From assembly GCA_963722305.1 (NCBI GenBank), contig CAVRKE010000001.1, positions 437,549 to 501,548 on the forward strand: a DNA stretch of 64,000 bases, written 5' to 3'. This DNA comes from Candidatus Levyibacteriota bacterium (GTDB lineage: Bacteria > Patescibacteriota > Microgenomatia > Levybacterales > UBA12049). Both the position numbers and the translations under genes were made by a program. Shown one piece after another: positions 18,534-27,359 of this stretch; within the stretch, counting starts at the first letter, position 1; each line of letters begins with the position of its first letter. A model generated the notes under the pieces. The model had not been told where the DNA came from and searched no databases. It saw only the letters and a program-made list of their open reading frames with translations.

Positions 18534-19175
18534 ATGAAAGACGAAAAAAGTAATTTGAGCGAAGCGGAGTCCAGCTCAGCTGGACAAAAGCAAACCGCCT
18601 GGATGCCGCAAAAAACCCTGATTTTAATTATTGTGCTGGCAATAATCACCGCTGTACTGCTTGTTTTGGCTTTATACACAAAAATCCCTACCAAAAGCGC
18701 TCATATTGTCACTACCAAAACCCCGGTCGTTGTTGTCCATGCTTATACCACTTTGACTATTGCCCAAGCGGTTGCTTCCAATTCTGCCTATGGGCATACT
18801 TATGCAGCCGACATTAATATTTCCACCAAATCGAACAAAGTAACCGCAGTGCAACTGCAAATAGCTTATAACCCAAATAGTGTCACTATTACCGATATCA
18901 CTGCCGGCTCCTTTTTTAACAATCCCGATATACTGTTTGAAAAAATCGACCCGGAAGCCGGAATCATTACCTATTCACTCGGTGTCGGTCTTGGCCAAAA
19001 ACCGGTTAGCGGCAGCGGAACCGTTGCAACCATTAAGTTTATTCCCATATCCGGCCAAAAATCTGTTGTCCTCAGTGTTTTGCCAACCAGCGAAGTTGCC
19101 GCCCAAGGTGAAGTGAAATCCGTCTTAAAATCAGCTTCCAAAGCAACCCTACAACTGGTCTCCCCTACACAGTAG
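18534..19175 (+). CDS. Membrane-anchored protein with a cohesin-like beta-sandwich domain
   Basis: N-terminal TM helix. The domain TLTIAQAV...AVQLQIAYNPNSVTITDITAGSFF...IDPEAGIITYSLGVGLGQKPVSGSGTVATIKF fits a cohesin-like pattern. Sits directly downstream of the dockerin-like gene. Confidence 0.4.
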   Translation: MKDEKSNLSEAESSSAGQKQTAWMPQKTLILIIVLAIITAVLLVLALYTKIPTKSAHIVTTKTPVVVVHAYTTLTIAQAVASNSAYGHTYAADINISTKSNKVTAVQLQIAYNPNSVTITDITAGSFFNNPDILFEKIDPEAGIITYSLGVGLGQKPVSGSGTVATIKFIPISGQKSVVLSVLPTSEVAAQGEVKSVLKSASKATLQLVSPTQ

Positions 19176-19244
19176 ACTGGATTACTTGAAGTTAGAAACT
19201 CTTGATCTTTTTGATTTTGATTATTTGAAGATTTGAAACTTTGA

Positions 19245-19613
19245 TTACTTGAAGTTTTGCCAGTTATTTTTAAGGTTCGAGAGCTTTTTGCCTAATCTAT
19301 TATATCTTTCAATCAATTCGTCAACATATCCCGGCTTTTTGATATAACCTTTGTGTTTCGATAAGAGTAAATGATTAATCATTTCATTGGATTCTCCAAT
19401 GCAATCTCTAATATATCTTTGAAAGTCTTTTATCGATTCTCTTCTTGCATAACCCTCTGCTATTTGTGCAGGTATAGACCTCGAGGCTCTTCTCATCTGA
19501 TCAGACAAAAGGAATTTTTCAGAAGACGGATAGGTCTTAAGAAGTTCTTCTATTTCAAGCGATAATTGAAAAGATTCTTTATAGACTTCAAGATCTAAAA
19601 AACTTGTAATCAC
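19245..19613 (-). CDS. Four-helix-bundle protein (Avd-like / 23S rRNA intervening-sequence protein family)
   Basis: LEVYKESFQLSLEIEELLKTYP...LSDQMRRASRSIPAQIAEGYARRESIKDFQRYIRDCIGESNEMINHL matches the TIGR02436/PF05635 pattern. Confidence 0.7.
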   Translation of the reverse strand: MITSFLDLEVYKESFQLSLEIEELLKTYPSSEKFLLSDQMRRASRSIPAQIAEGYARRESIKDFQRYIRDCIGESNEMINHLLLSKHKGYIKKPGYVDELIERYNRLGKKLSNLKNNWQNFK

Positions 19614-19774
19614 TATTTAATTCTAGCCCTCAAGTTATCAATTTATCAAGTATTCATGTTCAAGAATATCTAATTTCTAACGTCAAAATATCTAGCACAA
19701 GAATCTCACACTTCCAACTTCAAAAACTCCAAAGAAATATTGCATTAATTCAATATTTCTTCTATTATTACTTT

Positions 19775-20482
19775 ATGCCCGAAATCGCTCAACAAGACAT
19801 CGCTTATCAACCTGCAGCCAAGGGATATGCTTTTTCGAACAATTCCCGCACCCCCATCAGTGAACAACCGCCGAGGAAAAAATCCAATCCGTTTTTACTG
19901 CTATTTTTTGAAATCTTGGGGCTTCTGGCAATATTTGCCATATTTTTGGTGATTCTGAATTTCTTCGGCGTCATTTCCCTTTCCGCGATTTATCCAAAAA
20001 GCTTAGGTTTTCTCCCGCACGTAAACCAATCAACCAACACCAGCTCAAAAACGCAAAACAATCCGACTAACACCAGCAACCAGTATTTTAGTCCTGTTAA
20101 TTTTATAAAACTGCAAAATCAAGCTACGGATAGCAAAATGCAGGCATATCTAGCCTACGCTGTCCGTTTTACCAAACCCAGTCAAAGTGTTACTTCCAAC
20201 GACTACACATCTGCCGGAGTTTTTTCCGGCTACGATAGTAAAACTATCCAGGTTGTTACCAAAGATGGCGTTTTAAATTTAAATTTTGACCAAAATACCC
20301 TTTTCCAAAAATACTCTGCACCACCATCAAACGGCACCGGCGTTATCGCACCGTCTTCTTCTTCATCGACAGATTTCTTTAAAAACGTTGCTTTTGGCAG
20401 TGTCATCCAAGTCTTTTATTCCAAAGCTGATTTGAAAGCAACCCAGGTAAACTATAGTGAGTTAACAAAACCCGTCCTTTAG
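19775..20482 (+). CDS. Single-pass membrane protein with C-terminal 'domain X', shared with the 21907..22830 protein
   Basis: TM helix LLLFFEILGLLAIFAIFLVILNFF. The C-terminal ~90 aa (FSGYDSKTIQVVTKDGVLNLNFDQNTLFQKY...VFYSKADLKATQVNYSELTKPVL) are ~65% identical to the C-terminus of 21907..22830. Confidence 0.45.
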   Translation: MPEIAQQDIAYQPAAKGYAFSNNSRTPISEQPPRKKSNPFLLLFFEILGLLAIFAIFLVILNFFGVISLSAIYPKSLGFLPHVNQSTNTSSKTQNNPTNTSNQYFSPVNFIKLQNQATDSKMQAYLAYAVRFTKPSQSVTSNDYTSAGVFSGYDSKTIQVVTKDGVLNLNFDQNTLFQKYSAPPSNGTGVIAPSSSSSTDFFKNVAFGSVIQVFYSKADLKATQVNYSELTKPVL

Positions 20483-20533
20483 CTTGACTTTAAAAACTAA
20501 AGGGAATAGCATTAGCTTAAAGAAAGGGGCAAA

Positions 20534-21910
20534 ATGATAGCAGAGAGATTAACGATGGAAAAGCCAATAGAAAAAACGACGGGACCAGCACCAAGACCTT
20601 TCGGCCCACCCGAGTTAAGAGTTATGCTTGGTAAAGTGCAAGATAAAGGCACGGTGCCGACGGTCCCGGAATTTGGACAAGAAGCATTACAGAAACCAAA
20701 ATCGGATATGCCGGCGCAAACAATCGGAGAACGACCTTCCTGGGGAGGAAGCGCCATACCAACGGCACAAGAGGCAACAGAAGCATTAGATAGTGTTAAA
20801 GAAGGAACCCTCGCGCACAAGAAAGCAAAAGTCACTTTAGAAACTGCGCAGGCGATTAAGAACTCCGAGATTCCTCTGGATCAATTGAACATGGGAGTAT
20901 CTACCCCAGTTAAAGAAACACCAACTAAAACAGACGATGGTCATGACAATACAGGCGGACGACGCGGACAACATCGAGGAAAATTTGCTATCGCTATGGG
21001 AGCATTAGCAGCAGTGACTGTTGCTGCCTGCAACCGCCTTGGCATTACCTGGCCGCTTGGTCAACCTTCTCCGGCTCCATCAGCAACTCCGGCTGCCGAA
21101 GTCAGCCCGGTTGCAACCGAAACGCCCGGGGCATCGGTTGTAGTAACCGAACCGCCTAGCGCTTCTGCATCAGCCTCAGTCGGACCTTCCCAAACCAAAT
21201 CTCCAACTGCAGAGATAACCACCTCTCCCGAACAACAAAGCGCACTAAAGAAAGCTATTAACGAATGGAATAATAAAGGAACCTATGATAGCAAAGAACC
21301 ACAATTATTTCATAACAGTCCTGCAGACAATTCTGTCCTACATTTAGATTGCTTAGCTTCTGAAGCACAAGTTAATACACAAACAGATCCTTTTTACTCA
21401 GGAGTATTTCTAGGTTATGCTATTGTTGATAATCACGCGATTGTTATCATGGGCGAGAAAGATATTAACCAGAATCCTTATGCCATCGCGCTCAATGGCG
21501 GCAATGTTAAAGATCCTGATGTTTATGTAAAGATTGCTAATAATATAGCCTACTTTAGCAATATTAATGGAAAACAAAAAATCAATTTTTACAATTTTCC
21601 TGAAGCCGCAAGTGAATTCGATAAATACATAGGTCAAACCGTTATCTTTAATCCTAATACTCCTTTAGTAGGACAACCACCAGACTCAAGCTGGGATAAT
21701 TATGTAAACGAAATTAAAGCACAACAAGGTATCTCAAATAAGTTAAATCATTTAGCCGCCTTTGCGGGGCACAATGGTTCCTACACCGATGCTCCATATT
21801 ATCAGGAATTATTGTCCGCCGGCGTAATTATATCTGATGCTTCTAAAATAGCGAGTCTTAAATTACCTCTTCCATATCTGGAAGATATCTATACCAAAAC
21901 TGCCTCATGA
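20534..21910 (+). CDS. Hypothetical membrane/surface protein; paralog of 22882..24129
   Basis: Shares with 22882..24129 the N-terminus MI(A/T)ER..., an internal hydrophobic segment (AACNRLGITWPLG vs AGCQFFGISLPIG) and a P/S/A-rich linker. The upstream 50 bp are also conserved. Confidence 0.45.
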   Translation: MIAERLTMEKPIEKTTGPAPRPFGPPELRVMLGKVQDKGTVPTVPEFGQEALQKPKSDMPAQTIGERPSWGGSAIPTAQEATEALDSVKEGTLAHKKAKVTLETAQAIKNSEIPLDQLNMGVSTPVKETPTKTDDGHDNTGGRRGQHRGKFAIAMGALAAVTVAACNRLGITWPLGQPSPAPSATPAAEVSPVATETPGASVVVTEPPSASASASVGPSQTKSPTAEITTSPEQQSALKKAINEWNNKGTYDSKEPQLFHNSPADNSVLHLDCLASEAQVNTQTDPFYSGVFLGYAIVDNHAIVIMGEKDINQNPYAIALNGGNVKDPDVYVKIANNIAYFSNINGKQKINFYNFPEAASEFDKYIGQTVIFNPNTPLVGQPPDSSWDNYVNEIKAQQGISNKLNHLAAFAGHNGSYTDAPYYQELLSAGVIISDASKIASLKLPLPYLEDIYTKTAS

Positions 21911-22830
21911 AATTTAAAAAAATTATTATTGCGGCAATATTAATAGCTATTGGAGCACTTCTCGTAAACAAACCTGTTAACGTTAACGCTGAAGTCTATG
22001 GCGCGTATTACGGCTGTACTGGAACCACCACCAACACTTATAACGCTTGGGCTTGCCAAATATCTTATCCCTACGATCCAACTACGCCATACGCTATATG
22101 CTTAACTAATAATGTAAGCAACAAACTAACCTGTATTCCAGACCCTGATCATGGCACCGGTGATGCTGATACTGTTAATCTCTGTGGAGCATGCGGCACT
22201 ATTGGTAAAACCTGTAGTCCTCAAACACTAAGTCCTGGATCAGATTGCAATATAGCAAACATAACCCAGTTAAACGAACCGCAATGCGGTGGACATATTA
22301 GCGCCGCACAAATCTGGCAAGGCACAGGTTGTGGAGTCACTTGCTCGGGGTACTATTGGTGCAACTCGGATGGACTCGCCTATGATACTCATTATACAGG
22401 TAGCGGAGGAAGTGGCTCATGCACCAATAATGGAGTACGCGACCCGGCCGGAGACTCTCTTTGTGGCGGTGGCGGTCCCGACACCTGCACGGTTAGTTTC
22501 AGCGGCTTGCCTGCGAATCCAACTGCAGGTCAGGCTTATACTATTTCCATATCCGACGCCGTATTTTCCGGCTATGATGCTCATACAATTCAGGTGGTTA
22601 CATCCGATGGTGTTTTAAATTTAAGTTTTGACCAAACTACCCTTTTCCAAAAATACGCAGCGATCAAACAACCGATTACTAACGGACCTGTTGGCCCAAC
22701 TCCTTACGCATCTTCGCAGGATTTTTTCAATAATGTTTCCTTTGGCAGCACTCTTTTAGTATTCTACTCAAAAACAAACCTTACGGTTAGTCAAGCAAGT
22801 TATATTGAATCCATAAAACCTATCCTTTAA
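21907..22830 (+). CDS. Secreted Cys-rich protein with C-terminal 'domain X'
   Basis: Signal peptide; the Cys-rich domain (...GCGVTCSGYYWCNSDGLAYDTHYTGSGGSGSCTNNGVRDPAGDSLCGG) is homologous to the N-terminus of the 24156..27239 protein; C-terminus is paralogous to 19775..20482. Confidence 0.5.
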   Translation: MKFKKIIIAAILIAIGALLVNKPVNVNAEVYGAYYGCTGTTTNTYNAWACQISYPYDPTTPYAICLTNNVSNKLTCIPDPDHGTGDADTVNLCGACGTIGKTCSPQTLSPGSDCNIANITQLNEPQCGGHISAAQIWQGTGCGVTCSGYYWCNSDGLAYDTHYTGSGGSGSCTNNGVRDPAGDSLCGGGGPDTCTVSFSGLPANPTAGQAYTISISDAVFSGYDAHTIQVVTSDGVLNLSFDQTTLFQKYAAIKQPITNGPVGPTPYASSQDFFNNVSFGSTLLVFYSKTNLTVSQASYIESIKPIL

Positions 22831-22881
22831 CTTGACTTTTGAAGCTCAGAGGAATAGCATAAGGCTTGGAAAGGGGCCAAA

Positions 22882-24129
22882 ATGATAACAGAACGTATGG
22901 AGGGACAAGGAGATCAAGTCAAATTACCGACAATAGGAAAACGGCCATTAGAACGGGTAGTAAGGCCCGTAGGCCAAGCAGCCAAAAAAACAAGGGAAGA
23001 TACAACGGCTGCCTGGGCACCTCCAGTTGCTGAAGCGACCGAAAATGTCGCAAATTATCAACCTGGAACTTTAGGGAGACAAAAAGCCGAAAGTACTCTT
23101 GAAATCAGTAGAATCCTTGAGACTACAGGTATTTCTGCAGGAAGACAACATCCAACGGAGAAAGCACCAACTTCTCAAGCAGTAGTCAAAACAGAAGACG
23201 CAGATGCGACGCGACCAAAGGATCGCCAGCGCGGTTTTAGAAGATTTACTAGAACTGCTGGCCTAGTAGCTACGTCTATAATTGTGGCTGGTTGTCAGTT
23301 TTTTGGTATTTCCCTACCAATAGGAAACTCTTCTGCTCCAAGCTCGGAACCATCCGGAGGAATAGTCGAACCAAGCCCAAGCGGCGGAATGCCCAGTGAA
23401 TCAGCGGGAATTAGTGAGCCACCCAGCGCTTCTCCAAATGCCAGTGCTTCCCAACCAGCGTCGCAAAGTCCCGAAGCTTCAGCATCAGCTGAAACCCAAA
23501 AGCAATTGGAACAAGCAGTCAAAGATTGGTTAAACGGAACCACCAAAACCCCAGAACCCCTTACTATTGGAACCAACAAACTTCCCTTTCATATAGGACA
23601 AGCAGCTACATATATCGAGAATACAAAAAATGACCCCGATGGAATGTGCTCTTATACCGTGGACCTACTTGGAGAACAAACTATCAATAATCATTTAGAA
23701 ATTTATGGAGGCATACAAAATGACGATAATGTAAGACATGTATTAATATTTAATCTGGGTAAAATGCAGGAAAAGTTGGAGCTTGAAACATTTGCTTCAA
23801 ACAATCTAAAAGATAATAGTACTTGGGGCTTTTTTCAACTGCCGGATGCAATAACAGTACTTGCTAAATACAACGGAAAGGCTATACAAATATATGCATC
23901 GATAGGACTCTTTGATACAGCTACTTTGCAAAAGCTCGACTATGATGCCGAGATTAACTCCGGAGTGCCAACTACTGCTGCTATTGCTCAATGGCAAGCA
24001 AATACAGCTTGGAAGGGCTCTAAAGAGACCAAACCACCGGCTAATGTCGATATTGATAAGGTACTTACATCCTTTGACATAACAAAACTATCTCAGTCTA
24101 AAAATATAATGCTTCCAGCGTTACAATAA
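22882..24129 (+). CDS. Hypothetical membrane/surface protein; paralog of 20534..21910
   Basis: See 20534..21910. Same domain order; second member of the tandemly duplicated cassette. Confidence 0.45.
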   Translation: MITERMEGQGDQVKLPTIGKRPLERVVRPVGQAAKKTREDTTAAWAPPVAEATENVANYQPGTLGRQKAESTLEISRILETTGISAGRQHPTEKAPTSQAVVKTEDADATRPKDRQRGFRRFTRTAGLVATSIIVAGCQFFGISLPIGNSSAPSSEPSGGIVEPSPSGGMPSESAGISEPPSASPNASASQPASQSPEASASAETQKQLEQAVKDWLNGTTKTPEPLTIGTNKLPFHIGQAATYIENTKNDPDGMCSYTVDLLGEQTINNHLEIYGGIQNDDNVRHVLIFNLGKMQEKLELETFASNNLKDNSTWGFFQLPDAITVLAKYNGKAIQIYASIGLFDTATLQKLDYDAEINSGVPTTAAIAQWQANTAWKGSKETKPPANVDIDKVLTSFDITKLSQSKNIMLPALQ

Positions 24130-24155
24130 ATATTTATTTTGCTATAATAATCTAT

Positions 24156-27100
24156 ATGCCCGATAAATTGTTACTTAGGGTTTTTTTAACAAGCCTCACT
24201 TTTATTTTATTCTCATTTCTAATTAGCTCTCCTGTAAGTGCTACATACCTCTGCACAGGAACAGCTACCAGCTATTGGAATAGTTACGGAGCCTGTAATG
24301 TAGTTAATGGAATTCCAGCATGTCCAGTTCCTCAACGAATAAACGTATCAAAGGCTTGTACTCAAGATTATACAACCGGAACTTGCGGAGCCTGCTTAGT
24401 CACTCCCATTTACCAAAGTTGCAGCGTTACAGACAATAATTGTGGGGTATTTGATACCCATCTTGCTAATGACCCTGAATGCGGTGCAGGCGCTGGCAAT
24501 TTTTGGATTACCAATGGCTGTAGAGTAACTTGTAGCGGATTATATTGGTGCTCAGGAGGTCTTGCCTACACGACGCATCTTACCGGCAGTGGGGCAAGCG
24601 CAGCCTGTACCAGTACCGGAGTACGTGCTCCGGCTGCCGACCATCTTTGCGGCGGAGCTCCCACTCCTACTCCTATTCCAAGTTGCACAGTTACCTGGAG
24701 TAACTTTCCTTCCGGCAATCTTACTCCCAACGCTGTATATTCAGGAGTTAAAATAAATAAAGTGAACGCTAGTCCCACCTGGAGTCAAGTTAGTGTCTAT
24801 AGAGACAATAGCACGGCCCGCGAAACAGGATTAGTAAACGGCTCTCCTTTTACATTTAGTTTTAATTCCGGAGCCGCCGGCTCTCACACTTTTAAATTTT
24901 ACAACCTTGATGCTTCCGGATACAGCAGTGGAACAGGACCGGATGCAAATGCCGTTTTGTGCAACGGCAGCCAAAGCTTTGTAACGGGGCCTGTGAACGG
25001 AGCGTGCTCTTCGCCCGCGACTCACTATACTTGCGCTACGGGCACTTCGGTGAATAATAAAAAAAATGGTACCACTTCTTACACTTGGACATGTAACGGC
25101 TCGGGCGGCGGCACCAATGCAGCCTGCACCGAAGCGATTGTGAACGGCGTCTGCGGCGCAACCCATTATCTTTGCACTGCCGGCACAAGCGCTAATAATG
25201 TCAGCGGGGCCACTTCTTACACCTGGAATTGCAATAGTCCAAATGGCGGCACCAATGCAGCCTGTACCGAAACGAAAACATACAACGCAACTGTCAACGT
25301 TTACGTTGATTATAATGCTAATGGAGTTCAGGATGCAGGCGAACCGTTATATACCGGCAGCGCAACGATTAACTATAGCGGCGGTACATCGACCGGCAGT
25401 CCGCAAACTTTTGCCGGCGGCACAACCACCATTTCCAATATCCTTGGTGGGCAAGATGAAAGTATCACCTTAAGCGGCCTGCCCGCGGGATGGACAATAA
25501 CTACCGCCAAAACCGCTACGGCTGCAGACCCGGGTGACAACAGCACTGTCACTGTCAATTTCGGCATCCAACCGCCGGCTCCAGATTGTGGTAACCCACC
25601 ACAAGGAACACTTACCGCCACTTCCCCAATTTATTTAGGGGGAGGCTCACAGGGAACTTCCAACCTAAACATTACCTGTGCTATACCACCGGGGGCCAGC
25701 GGCAGTCTTAATTATTCTTGGTCGGTAGTTGAAGACCCGTTGGACCCAACTCCACCGTACCCTTTAAGCAATTTCGGAACTATTAATAACGTTAATGCTG
25801 CCGGCACAACCTATACCTCTCCGGCCATCGGCACAACCATGTATCCGTTTACCGTTGATGCGGCCGTCACCGTTTGTAACCCCGGCGCAAACCCGACTCA
25901 AAATCCGACTGAATGCACCAGCAGGACTGCGCCGATTATTGTCAATCCCCTATTCACGGTTTCCGGTTCCGTCTTTGTTGACACCAACAAAAATAAACTC
26001 AAAGACGCGGGGGAAAGTAATTATGACACCCCGACCTTTTCCATTTCACCCAGCCCCGACCCTCTGGCCGGAACAACTATCACTACTCCCGGCGATGGCA
26101 CTTACACGATTAGTAATCTGCCGGCTTTACCTTCCGGTTCATTCTACACGCTCTCCTATACTAATCCTCCAACTGCGCCCAATGAATACACCGTCATTTA
26201 TCCGGTCGGCACTCCCCCGTCTTTTGCAATTAACACAGGTGTAAACTGCAATGCCACCACTTTTAACGGTGGCGTTTGCTCCAGCGGAAATATCAGTAAC
26301 CTTAATTTTGCAGTCACTAATTCGCACCCTTGGATCCAGACAATCGGCGGGGATATTTACGAAGCGGGTGGAATCAGTAATGCAATTATGCCCAGCGCTA
26401 ATGTTCCCAGCCAAAGCGGTGGACCAAGCGGCAAGTTGTCTGTCCCCAGTTCGGCGGTTAATTATGTTCCTGCCGACAACACCATCCACTCTTCCGGAAT
26501 AGTCTACCAGGGCAGTTCAACTACTAATTTCGGCGGAGGACAGGCAAATGCCAATAATTGGTTGGTTGGCGGAGTTTCCTATCCCGAACCGATTCAATTC
26601 TCGCCGCCAAACACGGTCCTAAGCTCTTATAGCCACATCAGCCAATTGGTTAGTGATGCCGGAATTACGCCGACAAATCTCACTCCTTATTGCAGTGGCG
26701 GTTTGAATAACTGCGATTTGCAAGCCGGAATGCCTGCCGGAGTTTATTCAGTTAACATTCCCGCCAATGGGACGTTAACCCTTAAGGCCACCAAAAATCC
26801 TTTCACTAATGGCGCTTACGTCATTTTGGTTTCCGGAGATGCAACCACCAAAGTGAATATCGACAGTAACATCAGTGTCACAAGCGGCAACACTTTACTC
26901 CTGACCAGCCAAACCGATATTCATGTTGACCCGTCGGTCGGAGTAAGTAGCCCCCTTGATTACACTTCAAATATTGAAGGATTTTATTCAAGCGACAAAA
27001 ACTTCATTATTGATCATGACCTATCCAAAACCTGCACACACGAGGATGAAAAACTCAATATCCAGGGCGCCATTGTTGCCAACGCTGCTTTAAACGGTGG

Positions 27101-27239
27101 CAGTTTCCAAATTAACAGGGACATGTGCGCAGACGATACTTCCCCGGTGGTGACGGTTAAATCAAGGCCTGATTTTGTCTTGAATGCTCCGAAGTTTTAT
27201 CTTCAGACCACGGTTGTCCAAAAAGAAGTAGCACCATAA
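24156..27239 (+). CDS. Large (1027 aa) secreted Cys-rich surface/adhesin-like protein with tandem repeats and SdrD-B/Cna-B-like domains
   Basis: Signal peptide; N-terminal Cys-rich domain related to 21907..22830; two tandem ~42-aa repeats (CxxPATHYTCATGTS...TSYTWTCNGSGGGTNAACTE); two segments (TVNVYVDYNANGVQDAGEPLYTG and VSGSVFVDTNKNKLKDAGESNYD) resembling SdrD-B/Cna-B fold repeats. Confidence 0.6.
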   Translation: MPDKLLLRVFLTSLTFILFSFLISSPVSATYLCTGTATSYWNSYGACNVVNGIPACPVPQRINVSKACTQDYTTGTCGACLVTPIYQSCSVTDNNCGVFDTHLANDPECGAGAGNFWITNGCRVTCSGLYWCSGGLAYTTHLTGSGASAACTSTGVRAPAADHLCGGAPTPTPIPSCTVTWSNFPSGNLTPNAVYSGVKINKVNASPTWSQVSVYRDNSTARETGLVNGSPFTFSFNSGAAGSHTFKFYNLDASGYSSGTGPDANAVLCNGSQSFVTGPVNGACSSPATHYTCATGTSVNNKKNGTTSYTWTCNGSGGGTNAACTEAIVNGVCGATHYLCTAGTSANNVSGATSYTWNCNSPNGGTNAACTETKTYNATVNVYVDYNANGVQDAGEPLYTGSATINYSGGTSTGSPQTFAGGTTTISNILGGQDESITLSGLPAGWTITTAKTATAADPGDNSTVTVNFGIQPPAPDCGNPPQGTLTATSPIYLGGGSQGTSNLNITCAIPPGASGSLNYSWSVVEDPLDPTPPYPLSNFGTINNVNAAGTTYTSPAIGTTMYPFTVDAAVTVCNPGANPTQNPTECTSRTAPIIVNPLFTVSGSVFVDTNKNKLKDAGESNYDTPTFSISPSPDPLAGTTITTPGDGTYTISNLPALPSGSFYTLSYTNPPTAPNEYTVIYPVGTPPSFAINTGVNCNATTFNGGVCSSGNISNLNFAVTNSHPWIQTIGGDIYEAGGISNAIMPSANVPSQSGGPSGKLSVPSSAVNYVPADNTIHSSGIVYQGSSTTNFGGGQANANNWLVGGVSYPEPIQFSPPNTVLSSYSHISQLVSDAGITPTNLTPYCSGGLNNCDLQAGMPAGVYSVNIPANGTLTLKATKNPFTNGAYVILVSGDATTKVNIDSNISVTSGNTLLLTSQTDIHVDPSVGVSSPLDYTSNIEGFYSSDKNFIIDHDLSKTCTHEDEKLNIQGAIVANAALNGGSFQINRDMCADDTSPVVTVKSRPDFVLNAPKFYLQTTVVQKEVAP

Positions 27240-27242
27240 ATC

Positions 27243-27359
27243 AAAGAAGATTCCAATTGTTAATCAATTAACAATTCACAATTTTCAATTTAGATTGAAT
27301 TTTACAATGATGCAATGAAACATTTATTGAAAATTGAGAACTGAAAATTGAAAATTAGG
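27243..27359. repeat. AT-rich short-period repeat tract at the right edge of the surface-protein island
   Basis: aagaagattccaattgttaatcaattaacaattcacaattttcaatttagattgaattttacaatgatgcaatgaaacatttattgaaaattgagaactgaaaattgaaaattagg; includes the hairpin AATTGTTAAT-CA-ATTAACAATT. Confidence 0.5.

Noticed and set aside
24562-26502. Multiple 60-150-aa ORFs on both strands within 24.5-26.5 kb
   Set aside because: All overlap the 1027-aa gene. The long open frames arise from its GC-rich, repeat-rich composition.
19245-27239. Diversity-generating retroelement around the Avd-like gene
   Set aside because: No reverse transcriptase (no YxDD-containing ORF) and no template/variable repeat pair detectable by eye in the window. 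Kept only as a low-interest note.
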